Notes: generated by a model from the letters alone, not told the origin. DNA of 64,000 nt from Alphaproteobacteria bacterium UBA3635 (GCA_002373935.1 DFKW01000004.1:27704-91703), one strand, 5' to 3'. Counted from the stretch's first letter, positions 41,628 to 50,590 are shown. Translations and numbers: made by a program.

Positions 41628-41980
41628 TTGCAATAAATAAATTCCATTTTCTATAATGACATCAGAAATCACCAGGGAGTTGATTTCGGAAAGGCACTTC
41701 AAAAGCCTGAACATAACCGGTGCAAAGTTTGCATCGTGACTCTCCCGCACTCGTCCGATTCGATTCGGCGGGGCTGTGTTTGTTGCATACATATTTTGCA
41801 CCGACATTTATTTGTCGATTTTTTTGATTTATAAATGTAAATTTTTATTCCCACTATGTGAACCCCATCGTTGTATTTGGCGGGGGTGCTGCATACAGTA
41901 ATGTATGTGGGATCATTGTTATGTTTGGTTTTTGAACACCCTAGCCGCGCTCTTCCTGATGATGGCGGTGTTTTTTTTGT
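41628..41980 (+). promoter_or_regulatory. Promoter plus ~320-nt structured leader of the fibre-like gene
   Basis: TTGCAA-18-TATAAT; arms 41698-41717 and 41918-41936 complementary; GGCGGGGGTG/CACCCTAGCC stem; terminal CCGC..GCGG+T8. Confidence 0.55.
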
Positions 41981-42108
41981 GTTTTGTTTTACTGCGGGAT
42001 TTTTTCAAACCGAATCCAATTCCCAGTAAAAAAACTAAGGCCATAAAAAGTTCCGATAAAACAAAACACATCCACCGCACTAATAAAACAACGAACGGGG
42101 AGAAAGAA

Positions 42109-43644
42109 ATGAAAAAAATTTTATGTGCGATGTTGGGAATAATCGGGATGTTCATAACACCGGCTTACGCATTACCGGCGGGGTATACAGAGTTAGAGTA
42201 TATCAAATCCACCGGGACACAGTATATTGACGATATAATAAAACCTAATCAAAGATATTCATTTGAAATTAAATACAAGCATACTGTATCAGAAGGTTAT
42301 CAACCATTGTTTGCATTATACGATGGTACTTCAGGTTATTCGTATGGTTTTATGGAAGGTAGTGCAGAAAAAGGAAATTATGCCTATAGCGGCAATAGCG
42401 AAACTTTTACATTAGCATATGATACCAGCACTATATATACATTATATTACGATGGAATAAATAAAAAGGTGTTTCGTAATGGAACAGAAATTGTAGATTT
42501 TAGTGATACAACAGGTTTTTCTGGAACAACAGGTGTTGCACCAAGACTTTTCCAAATAAGAAACGGAGAACATTATAGTAGTACTTTTAGTTATTCGTTT
42601 AAAGGTTACGCATACAGTTTTAAGGTATACGATGATAATAATAATTTAGTTCGCAATATGATTCCTGCTAAACGCAACAGCGATAATGCGATTGGTATGT
42701 ACGATACGGTTGGCGGGCGGTTTTATGAAAATGCAGGTTCGGGTTCTTTCATTGCCGGCCCGGTTGCAGAAATCAAAGTTGCAACCACAAAGTATGTGGA
42801 AACGCAGTTTAGTGATTTGGGCACGCGGTTGGCGGCGGCGGTGGCGACAGTGAATACGGTCGTGACCCAGACGATTGCCCAGGCGGGGAGTATTGCAACT
42901 TTGCAGAGTGGCAAGCAAACCCGCCCAGATGAAACCTGTCCCGCCGGTAAAAAGTGCCTGCTGGTTGAGGGGACCGACGGCCAACCCCATTGGTATGAAA
43001 TATTTGACCCGATAAACCGCTGGTTAGAGGCATTTTTCAAAACAAACCCGAACGGACAACTTGTCGATGGTGGCGCAGATTTCCGCCGGTGGCAGGGTAA
43101 CCCAGATTTCCGCGAAACATATATTGATGGTTCAACATCGGTCTATGCCCGTCAATGGACGGCGGCATCGCCCGCACGCTCGATTGGTGGCTTGTATCAA
43201 ACATTGCCTGCGGGCGACATTGAAAACGCCGGCACATGGGCGGTTGAATTTGATGGCACCGAGGGCGACGGCGTAAACGCGGGCGCGGTGTATGGTATTG
43301 CAAAATGCACGTCTGTGGTGGGGACAATTGCCACAAAATTGACATCGGCGCAAGAGAGTGCGTTCTATACATTACCGGCACCGGTGGGTCAAACGGACAA
43401 TGCAAATTATCCGCGGGAAAACTTTAAAAACTGCTGGTGCAAGATGACGGCGGTGGGTGTGCCTGGTGCGGATGGAACGGCTGCAAACGGTTCTGTGTAC
43501 CCTGTAAATGCGTCGTCCTCTGCGTGGGTCTTCAGCCCCACGTTCGGTTCGGCCGCCGCTTGTGCGGGCAACTGTGCGTACGACTGCGCGTACCGCGTCC
43601 GTGCTAACGCAGATTTTAGAACCGCAGTTTTTGGTTTGGATTGA
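42109..43644 (+). CDS. Secreted modular adhesin/fibre-like protein with Cys-rich C-terminal domain (candidate DGR target)
   Basis: GGGGAG RBS; signal peptide; YTELEYIKSTGTQYID...GMYDTV..FYENAGSGSF beta-rich domain; coiled-coil plus KQTRP..CP..KKCLLV; CWC..WVF..CAxxCAxxCAxxV..DFR end. Confidence 0.82.
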   Translation: MKKILCAMLGIIGMFITPAYALPAGYTELEYIKSTGTQYIDDIIKPNQRYSFEIKYKHTVSEGYQPLFALYDGTSGYSYGFMEGSAEKGNYAYSGNSETFTLAYDTSTIYTLYYDGINKKVFRNGTEIVDFSDTTGFSGTTGVAPRLFQIRNGEHYSSTFSYSFKGYAYSFKVYDDNNNLVRNMIPAKRNSDNAIGMYDTVGGRFYENAGSGSFIAGPVAEIKVATTKYVETQFSDLGTRLAAAVATVNTVVTQTIAQAGSIATLQSGKQTRPDETCPAGKKCLLVEGTDGQPHWYEIFDPINRWLEAFFKTNPNGQLVDGGADFRRWQGNPDFRETYIDGSTSVYARQWTAASPARSIGGLYQTLPAGDIENAGTWAVEFDGTEGDGVNAGAVYGIAKCTSVVGTIATKLTSAQESAFYTLPAPVGQTDNANYPRENFKNCWCKMTAVGVPGADGTAANGSVYPVNASSSAWVFSPTFGSAAACAGNCAYDCAYRVRANADFRTAVFGLD

Positions 43645-43650
43645 TGAAAC

Positions 43651-43678
43651 TTGCATATTAGAAATATTTGGCTATAAT
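43651..43678 (+). promoter_or_regulatory. Sigma70-type promoter of metG
   Basis: TTGCAT-16-TATAAT. Confidence 0.55.
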
Positions 43679-43709
43679 CAAATCTGAACTGTAAAAAGGA
43701 TTTGGTATA

Positions 43710-45701
43710 ATGGCACAGAAATATTTAATTACATCGGCGTTGCCCTATGTGAACAATGTGTTACATATTGGGCATTTGATTGGATGTTTATTGCCAAGTG
43801 ATGTTTATGCGCGTTTCTGTCGCGCGTTGGGTCGCGATGTGTTATATATTGGTGGTTCTGATGAACATGGAACCCCGTCCGAGGTTGGTGCCCAAAAAGA
43901 AAATATGCCGGTCGAAGATTATGTCGAAAAATACCGCGCAAAACATCTGGACGCGGTGCGGGATTTTAATTTGTCTTTTGATTTATATGGTCGCACGCAT
44001 ACAAAATTGCACGAAAAATTAATTCATGAATTGTTTGAACGGTTGGACTCGATGGGTATGGTTTATGAAAAATCGTCAATGCAGCCGTATTCAATAAATG
44101 AAAAAAAATTCTTGGCGGACCGGTATGTTATTGGGACTTGCCCGCGGTGCGGATATGATGGCGCGTATGGGAACGAGTGCGATAAATGTGGCGCGTCACT
44201 GGACCCGGATCAATTGATAAATCCGCACAGTGCCGTTGACCCGTCGTCCCCGGTTGAAATGCGTGAAACAAAGCATTTGTATTTTAGATTAAGTGCCATG
44301 CAGGATAAATTACGCGCATGGATAAATTCACGCCAGGGGTGGCCAAAAACCGCAATCGCAATCGCAAATAAATGGTTGGACGAAGGACTGCGCGATAATC
44401 CAATTACTCGTGATTTGAAATGGGGAATTCCGGTTAATAAACCCGGTTTCGAAGACAAAGTTTTCTATGTTTGGTTTGATGCGCCGTGGGGTTATGTTTC
44501 AATTTCCCAGGCGGCAACGGACAATTGGGCCGATTGGTGGAAAAACCCGGATTGTAAATATGTGGAATTTATGGGCAAAGATAATGTATCTTTCCATTCT
44601 GTATTTTTCCCGGCCCAAGAATTGGCAATGGATGATGGATGGAAAACCGTCGATGTGTTAAAAGCGTTCAATTTTATGAATTTTAATGGTGAAAAAATTT
44701 CTAAATCACGCGGCAACGGTATATTTTTAGACAATGCGTTATCAATCGCGCCAAGTGATTGCTGGCGGTATGCGTTGCTGGCATCGGCACCGGAAACAGA
44801 CGATACCGATTTCACCGTGCAAAAATTTGCAGAAATCGTGAATAAAGATTTGAACGGTATGTTGGGGAACTTTGTTTCACGCGTTTGCAAACTGACCGAG
44901 AAAAATTTTGGATTGGTGGTCCCAAATCAAAGTTCAAAGTTCAAAGTTCAAAGTTCAGTTATAGCAGATAAAATAAACAAAAAATTAAACGATTTAACCA
45001 CTGCATTGGATCAATGCGAATTTCGTGCGGCGATTTTTGCGCTGCGTTCGCTGTATGCGATTGGTAATGAATATATGACGGAAACGGCACCTTGGGCATT
45101 GGTCAAAGACGGTAAAATGGACGATGCCGGTTCTGTGTTGAATAACTGTTTTCAAATGATTGATTTATTTGCACGCGTGTCGGCACCGTTTATGCCAACT
45201 ACCGCCGCAAAGATGCAAAATATTTTTGGCGCGACGCATGATTTGTCGTGGCCGACATGTTTTGAACACAGAATCGCAAACGGTGAAAAATTTGCCGTGC
45301 CGGAAAATCTGTTCGAAAGAATTGACGATGCGCGTGTCGCAGAAATCAACGAAAAATATTCGGCAAAGCCAAAAACAGCCGCCCCGGTTGTCGCAAAAAT
45401 TTTGGATATTAAATCACATCCCCGGCGCGATGATTTACACATTTTGACGGTGGACAGTGGCAACGACAAATTACAAATCGTTTGTGGTGCGCCAAATGTG
45501 CGCGTGGGGATGGTTGGGGTTTTGGCACCGGTTGGGTGCGTTTTACCGGGCATGACAAAACCATTGGCGGCGCGTAATGTCGGCGGGGTAAAATCCAATG
45601 GCATGATGTGCAGTGCGCAAGAATTAGGTGTTGGGGGGGATGCCACAAAAATTATTGAATTGGATGATACATATAAAATTGGTTCGGAATATAAAGGATA
45701 A
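43710..45701 (+). CDS. metG: Methionine--tRNA ligase with C-terminal OB-fold tRNA-binding domain
   Basis: LITSALPYVN..LHIGH, CPRC..CDKC, YVWFDAP, GKDN..FH, KISKS. Confidence 0.96.
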   Translation: MAQKYLITSALPYVNNVLHIGHLIGCLLPSDVYARFCRALGRDVLYIGGSDEHGTPSEVGAQKENMPVEDYVEKYRAKHLDAVRDFNLSFDLYGRTHTKLHEKLIHELFERLDSMGMVYEKSSMQPYSINEKKFLADRYVIGTCPRCGYDGAYGNECDKCGASLDPDQLINPHSAVDPSSPVEMRETKHLYFRLSAMQDKLRAWINSRQGWPKTAIAIANKWLDEGLRDNPITRDLKWGIPVNKPGFEDKVFYVWFDAPWGYVSISQAATDNWADWWKNPDCKYVEFMGKDNVSFHSVFFPAQELAMDDGWKTVDVLKAFNFMNFNGEKISKSRGNGIFLDNALSIAPSDCWRYALLASAPETDDTDFTVQKFAEIVNKDLNGMLGNFVSRVCKLTEKNFGLVVPNQSSKFKVQSSVIADKINKKLNDLTTALDQCEFRAAIFALRSLYAIGNEYMTETAPWALVKDGKMDDAGSVLNNCFQMIDLFARVSAPFMPTTAAKMQNIFGATHDLSWPTCFEHRIANGEKFAVPENLFERIDDARVAEINEKYSAKPKTAAPVVAKILDIKSHPRRDDLHILTVDSGNDKLQIVCGAPNVRVGMVGVLAPVGCVLPGMTKPLAARNVGGVKSNGMMCSAQELGVGGDATKIIELDDTYKIGSEYKG

Positions 45702-45704
45702 AAT

Positions 45705-46058
45705 ATGGTTAAGAAAAATGTAAGACATCGTGAGGAAAATTATTATTCTGTGCGTGTGGTTGGCGAAAACAATCGTGATTTGTTTATTGTGCCATGGCAT
45801 GGAAATGTTGAATCTTTGGCGCGTGATGTAAATGAAATAACAAACAAAAAATGGACCCGGATTAAAGTTTTGAAATATACTCAATATGTCGATTTATATA
45901 AAAAATCCGGTTCGCCTATCGTTTGTCAGCGGCGCGCAATGTTAAAAATTGACCGTATGGGCAGTGGTTCTTTGTGTACCAAGGTTGATGAAAATTTAAT
46001 GCGAAATGGCGCGATACCGCAAAATATTTTGGCTTTCTTTGGCGAACATCAAAAATAA
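45705..46058 (+). CDS. Hypothetical protein
   Basis: AAAGGA RBS, tightly coupled to metG; no recognisable motif. Confidence 0.7.
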   Translation: MVKKNVRHREENYYSVRVVGENNRDLFIVPWHGNVESLARDVNEITNKKWTRIKVLKYTQYVDLYKKSGSPIVCQRRAMLKIDRMGSGSLCTKVDENLMRNGAIPQNILAFFGEHQK

Positions 46059-46074
46059 AAAAAAGGATACACCC

Positions 46075-46632
46075 ATGCCCAGACATAAAATCGTTTATAA
46101 ATATTCTTGTAAAATTTATTCGGTAAATTCACGCGATGCAAAAAATATAGATTTGCCGGAAAATATGTCCGGGGATGAATTTGCAAAAATTATCGAACGA
46201 CAAAATTTAATTGATGTCACAAAAATATCACTGGTGCGGACAAAGTGTGTTTATGATTTGCGCGCAAAAACACATAATAATTTTGTTGGGAAAAATACGG
46301 TATTAAATATCTATGTCGATGATACGGTGAGAACAGAACGCGATATTCGCAATATGCTGGAACGAAAATACAAATCAAATATATATGGCGTTCCAAACAC
46401 AAATACAAATTTACCGTTTGTTTTGACGCGGGTTATACCACAAACCAAATATGGGGTTGTTTATGGAACAGACTGTGAAAAATCATGGACAGAAAATCAC
46501 GCAACCGTTGAAAAACCAAATCCAAAACGCGATGTGATTATAAATCGGTCGGGGAAACAAATTTGGCCACGCAACACCGACGCGTTGCCTCGCGTTGTCC
46601 AAGAATTTTTTATCAAACGACAAAAGGACTAA
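46075..46632 (+). CDS. Hypothetical protein
   Basis: AAAGGA RBS before ATG 46075; long ORF. Confidence 0.7.
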   Translation: MPRHKIVYKYSCKIYSVNSRDAKNIDLPENMSGDEFAKIIERQNLIDVTKISLVRTKCVYDLRAKTHNNFVGKNTVLNIYVDDTVRTERDIRNMLERKYKSNIYGVPNTNTNLPFVLTRVIPQTKYGVVYGTDCEKSWTENHATVEKPNPKRDVIINRSGKQIWPRNTDALPRVVQEFFIKRQKD

Positions 46633-46639
46633 TTTTAAC

Positions 46640-47347
46640 ATGGCAACAAAATATAAACTGTTTGGGGTTTTGCAAAATGGCGATAAACGTGCGTTGTTTA
46701 ACGGCGCAACTTTTTCACAAAAACAAAATGCGATAAAAAGATTAGAGACGGCGGCAAACAAAAATAAACTGTCCGAGTTTACAAAAATTATTTTCCAAGA
46801 AATTAAATTTTTTGAACGCGGACCAAATGTGGCAAAGTGGCCCGATGGTCAAACAACAGATATAACTTTTGATGTTATGGATGGAAAAATACCGTTGGAA
46901 AAAAATAAATCTGTGTTGATAAAACCACGGGTGGTGGTAAAAAAATCTGAAAAATTTGTGCGCTATTCTTATATTGAAAAATACGCAATTGCACATCGGT
47001 CGTCGATCAAATATTTGCCCAAAAATGTCGATGTGGTCGATTTTATTAAACGATTGCAAAAATTGGATTTCAAATATCTGAATTGCGTTTTGTTGGTGCG
47101 CGAGGTTTTTGATACAGATACAAACGATGCTATATTTTACGAACAAATGTTATATAACCCGGTGTATTTATTACATGACATGTCGGGAATTACAATCGGG
47201 GCGTTGAATACTAAACAAAATACAACCATACGCTATATCAACAAACGCGATTTGCCAATCACAAAAACTATTTTAAAACATTGGATAGATAATAGTGATA
47301 AAATCAATCCAAAACTGATAAAATTTTTGGGACAAAATGAACGATAA
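46640..47347 (+). CDS. Hypothetical protein
   Basis: AAAGGA upstream of ATG 46640; overlaps the queH start. Confidence 0.7.
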   Translation: MATKYKLFGVLQNGDKRALFNGATFSQKQNAIKRLETAANKNKLSEFTKIIFQEIKFFERGPNVAKWPDGQTTDITFDVMDGKIPLEKNKSVLIKPRVVVKKSEKFVRYSYIEKYAIAHRSSIKYLPKNVDVVDFIKRLQKLDFKYLNCVLLVREVFDTDTNDAIFYEQMLYNPVYLLHDMSGITIGALNTKQNTTIRYINKRDLPITKTILKHWIDNSDKINPKLIKFLGQNER

Positions 47348-47876
47348 ACGCCGCTTGGTTTTGATGTCTTGTTGTGCGCCGTGTTCTGCGGGCGCAATTC
47401 GTCAGTTGGCAGACGGCGCGGTGTCGGGCGTTGGTGATTTTATCGTTTTGTTTTATAATCCAAATATATATCCCGATTTCGAATACCAAAAACGATTGAC
47501 CGAACAAATTAAATACTGTGAAAAATTGGGTGTGAAATATGCGGTCGGCGATTATAATCACGACGCATGGCGGGAATGTGTGCGTGGGTTGGAGGATGCA
47601 CCCGAACGCGGCGCGCGATGCAGTAAATGTTTTGCATTTCGGTTTGCGTATGCACGCGAATTTGCCGCGCAACACGGATACGATGCCGTTGGGTCTGTGT
47701 TTGGTGTGTCGCGATTCAAAGACCAATCCCAGGTTGATGCCGCCGGGCGGGATGCGTGTGGCGAAATTATTTATATGCCAATCGATTGGGACGAAAGTTT
47801 GCGCCAAAAAATCAACCATGAATCCGATTTTTACCGGCAAAAATATTGCGGTTGCGAATTTTCCATGCGCAAATAA
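47337..47876 (+). CDS. queH: Epoxyqueuosine reductase QueH
   Basis: SCCAPCS, FYNPNIYP..EY..R, PERGARCSKCF, YRQKYCGCEFS. Confidence 0.93.
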   Translation: MNDKRRLVLMSCCAPCSAGAIRQLADGAVSGVGDFIVLFYNPNIYPDFEYQKRLTEQIKYCEKLGVKYAVGDYNHDAWRECVRGLEDAPERGARCSKCFAFRFAYAREFAAQHGYDAVGSVFGVSRFKDQSQVDAAGRDACGEIIYMPIDWDESLRQKINHESDFYRQKYCGCEFSMRK

Positions 47877-47941
47877 TAAAAATTTGATTTTTCGCGGATT
47901 TTTTCTATAATTTTTATAAATTTTAACAAAGGTAGAAAATT

Positions 47942-48817
47942 ATGTCATCGATATTTGTTTTTCCGGGTCAGGGCGCACAAATCGTTGGTATGGGTGCGGA
48001 ACTGTATAAAAACAACGCCGCGGCGCGTGCCGTGTTTGATGCGGTTGATGATGCTCTGTCGGAAAAATTGACCGATATTATTTTTAATGGTCCAATGGAA
48101 GATTTAACATTGACGCGCAATGTGCAACCGGCGATTATGGCGACATCGGTGGCGATGTTCCGGGCATCTGGATTGGATTTGCCTGAATTTGTTGCGGGGC
48201 ATTCTTTGGGTGAATATACCGCGTTATGTGTCGCCGGCGCGATTGATGTGGCGGATGCGGCACGATTGCTGCGCGCACGCGGGGATGCAATGCAAACGGC
48301 GGTGCCGGTGGGTGCAGGTTTGACATCGGTTGTGTTGGGATTGGATACGGATGTTGTTCGTAAAATTTGTGATGAATCCGGTTGTGATATTGCAAATGAT
48401 AACTGTCCTGGTCAGGTTGTGATTTCTGGATTAAAAGAAAATGTTGATGCCGCAAGTGAAAAATTAAAATCGGCGGGCGCACGGCGCGTTATGCCGCTTG
48501 CGCTTTCTGCGCCGGTGCATTGTCGGGTCCAAGAACCGGCGGCGGCGGCAATGCGTGATGCGTTTGCGCATGTGCAAATAAAACAACCAAATGCAAAATG
48601 GATTTCTAATAAAACATGTTCGGTAATTGATGACCCGGATGAAATAAAAAATGCGTTGATTTATCAAATGACGCATACTGTGCGGTGGCGCGAAAGTGTT
48701 TTGGAAATGGTGAATTTGGGTATTACCGATGCCGTGGAAATCGGGCCGGGAAATGTGTTGGGGGGACTGATTTCGCGCACCACAGATAAAATCAATGTTC
48801 AAAAGTTAGAGGTTTAA
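47942..48817 (+). CDS. fabD: Malonyl-CoA-ACP transacylase
   Basis: FPGQGAQ, GHSLGEY, EIGPG. Confidence 0.95.
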   Translation: MSSIFVFPGQGAQIVGMGAELYKNNAAARAVFDAVDDALSEKLTDIIFNGPMEDLTLTRNVQPAIMATSVAMFRASGLDLPEFVAGHSLGEYTALCVAGAIDVADAARLLRARGDAMQTAVPVGAGLTSVVLGLDTDVVRKICDESGCDIANDNCPGQVVISGLKENVDAASEKLKSAGARRVMPLALSAPVHCRVQEPAAAAMRDAFAHVQIKQPNAKWISNKTCSVIDDPDEIKNALIYQMTHTVRWRESVLEMVNLGITDAVEIGPGNVLGGLISRTTDKINVQKLEV

Positions 48818-48821
48818 TTTC

Positions 48822-49736
48822 ATGGAACATAAAATCAATATTGAATATATCAATAAAAAATATGACGCGTCCGGCATTTCATACGATGTCGTGTTGGTTG
48901 GTATTTTGGTTGGGCAAATTTTTATACCAAATGGCACGGATAAAAAAATCGTGCTGACACTGAATCACGGTATGCAACCTTTTTATATAAACAAAATTGC
49001 AACAGATATTTGTAAAAAATATCGCGATGGTATTATTGTGCAAATGCCACGAAAAAAATTTGAATTTAACCTGAAAGATTCTGGGGACAAACCGGCAAAA
49101 CCAAGTATCGAAGAATCATGGACACGATATTATAATTTTATAAATCAATGTATGGGAAAATATCGCGAATTCAAATCCAAAAAACGGGTTTGTATTGATT
49201 TAGTGTTGAAAAAAAACATATCCAGACATGATGCGTTTATGACAATATGGACGTTGTTAAAAAAATATCCGGTGATTAAAACAACTTTTTCAAAAAGTGA
49301 TAACGCACCGATACAATTTGATGAATCTATGTGCGTTGATGATATTAAATCGATTTTGGCCGAGATACTGTCCAAGAAAAAACAACCTGTGCGGGCGGCG
49401 GCAAATATAAACACACCCGTTGTTGAGAATACAAAACCGGAACAAATTGTCGCGGAAAAAAACGACGAAATAACGCCTGTGACGGATGATGCGCCGCACG
49501 CGACACATATTGACCCCATGATTATTGCCAAGGCCGTGACCGTCACAATGAATAAAAAACAAACCGTGGATGCGGCAAAACAACGCGCACAACAAATGGC
49601 AAACGGACAATATGTCGCGGTAAAGTTATTGGATGCGGATGGAAAATTTATTTGCAATATTTATCCGCAAGATATTGAAACAATTAGTGCGGAAAAGGCC
49701 CAACAATTTAACGCAATACTGCAAAAACAATATTAA
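48822..49736 (+). CDS. Hypothetical protein inserted between fabD and fabG
   Basis: 304-aa ORF with AGAGG RBS; no recognised motif. Confidence 0.72.
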   Translation: MEHKINIEYINKKYDASGISYDVVLVGILVGQIFIPNGTDKKIVLTLNHGMQPFYINKIATDICKKYRDGIIVQMPRKKFEFNLKDSGDKPAKPSIEESWTRYYNFINQCMGKYREFKSKKRVCIDLVLKKNISRHDAFMTIWTLLKKYPVIKTTFSKSDNAPIQFDESMCVDDIKSILAEILSKKKQPVRAAANINTPVVENTKPEQIVAEKNDEITPVTDDAPHATHIDPMIIAKAVTVTMNKKQTVDAAKQRAQQMANGQYVAVKLLDADGKFICNIYPQDIETISAEKAQQFNAILQKQY

Positions 49737-49753
49737 AAAATACGGAGAAGAAT

Positions 49754-50482
49754 ATGTTTGAATTAAATGACAAAGTTGTTTTGATAACTGGCGCAACCGG
49801 CGGCATTGGCGGTGCGATTGCGCATGCCATGAAATCTGCGGGTGCGACAGTTGTTGTATCGGGTCGCAATATTGCCAAATTGAACACCGAATTTGATGAT
49901 TCTTATATCAAAATACCGTGCGATTTATCGGCAGACGGCGCGGCGGTTGATTTGGTTATGGCAACGATTGAAAAATGCGGACGTGTGGATGTTTTGATAA
50001 ACAACGCAGGAATCACCGCGGATACTTTATTGATGCGTATGACGGACGCGCAATTCGACGATGTGATAAACACCAATCTGCGTGCGGCGTTCAAAACATG
50101 CCGGGCGGCAATTATGCCGATGATGAAACAAAAATTCGGTCGCATTATAAATATGGCGTCTATCGTTGGTGTGGTGGGCGGCGCCGGTCAGGCAAATTAT
50201 GCCGCATCCAAGGGCGCGTTGATTGCGATGACAAAATCTATCGCCGCCGAGGTTGCATCCCGTGGCATTACCGCAAACGCGATTGCGCCCGGGTTTATTA
50301 AAACGCCGATGACCGATGTTTTGCCCGACACATTGAAACAGAAATATTTGGAACAAATTCCGGCGGGACGTTTTGGCGAACCCGATGACATCGCGGCGGC
50401 CTGTGTGTTTTTAGCAAGTGACGCGGCGTCTTATATCAACGGGCAAACTATTCATATAAACGGCGGTATGGGACGGTTTTAA
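49754..50482 (+). CDS. fabG: 3-oxoacyl-ACP reductase
   Basis: TGATGGIG, NNAGIT.D, NYAASK, IAPGFI. Confidence 0.95.
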   Translation: MFELNDKVVLITGATGGIGGAIAHAMKSAGATVVVSGRNIAKLNTEFDDSYIKIPCDLSADGAAVDLVMATIEKCGRVDVLINNAGITADTLLMRMTDAQFDDVINTNLRAAFKTCRAAIMPMMKQKFGRIINMASIVGVVGGAGQANYAASKGALIAMTKSIAAEVASRGITANAIAPGFIKTPMTDVLPDTLKQKYLEQIPAGRFGEPDDIAAACVFLASDAASYINGQTIHINGGMGRF

Positions 50483-50483
50483 C

Positions 50484-50573
50484 CAAAGTACAATTTGCAA
50501 AGTTCAAAGTGCAAATAATGTAGTGTGGCAAAGCCACACACAAAAATTGAACTTTGAACTCTGAACTTTGAAA
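50484..50573. repeat. Inverted heptamer (CAAAGTT) arrays flanking a hairpin
   Basis: CAAAGTACAA..CAAAGTTCAAAGTGCAAA - GTGTGGCAAAGCCACAC - TTGAACTTTGAACTCTGAACTTTGAA. Confidence 0.65.
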
Positions 50574-50590
50574 ATTAAAAAGGGAACGCA

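Noticed and set aside
40956-41807. Short ORFs around tRNA-Val (e.g. 41211-41543, 41344-41619)
   Set aside because: They are translations of the tRNA and palindromic repeats (CHPER motif on both strands), not credible genes.
41660-41980. tmRNA, RNase P RNA or a known riboswitch
   Set aside because: I could not recognise a tRNA-like acceptor/T-arm, a GGAAAGTCC-type RNase P motif or an aptamer consensus.
41905-42108. 68-aa N-terminal extension of the fibre gene
   Set aside because: It overlaps the structured leader and terminator; the RBS and a clean signal peptide begin at 42109.
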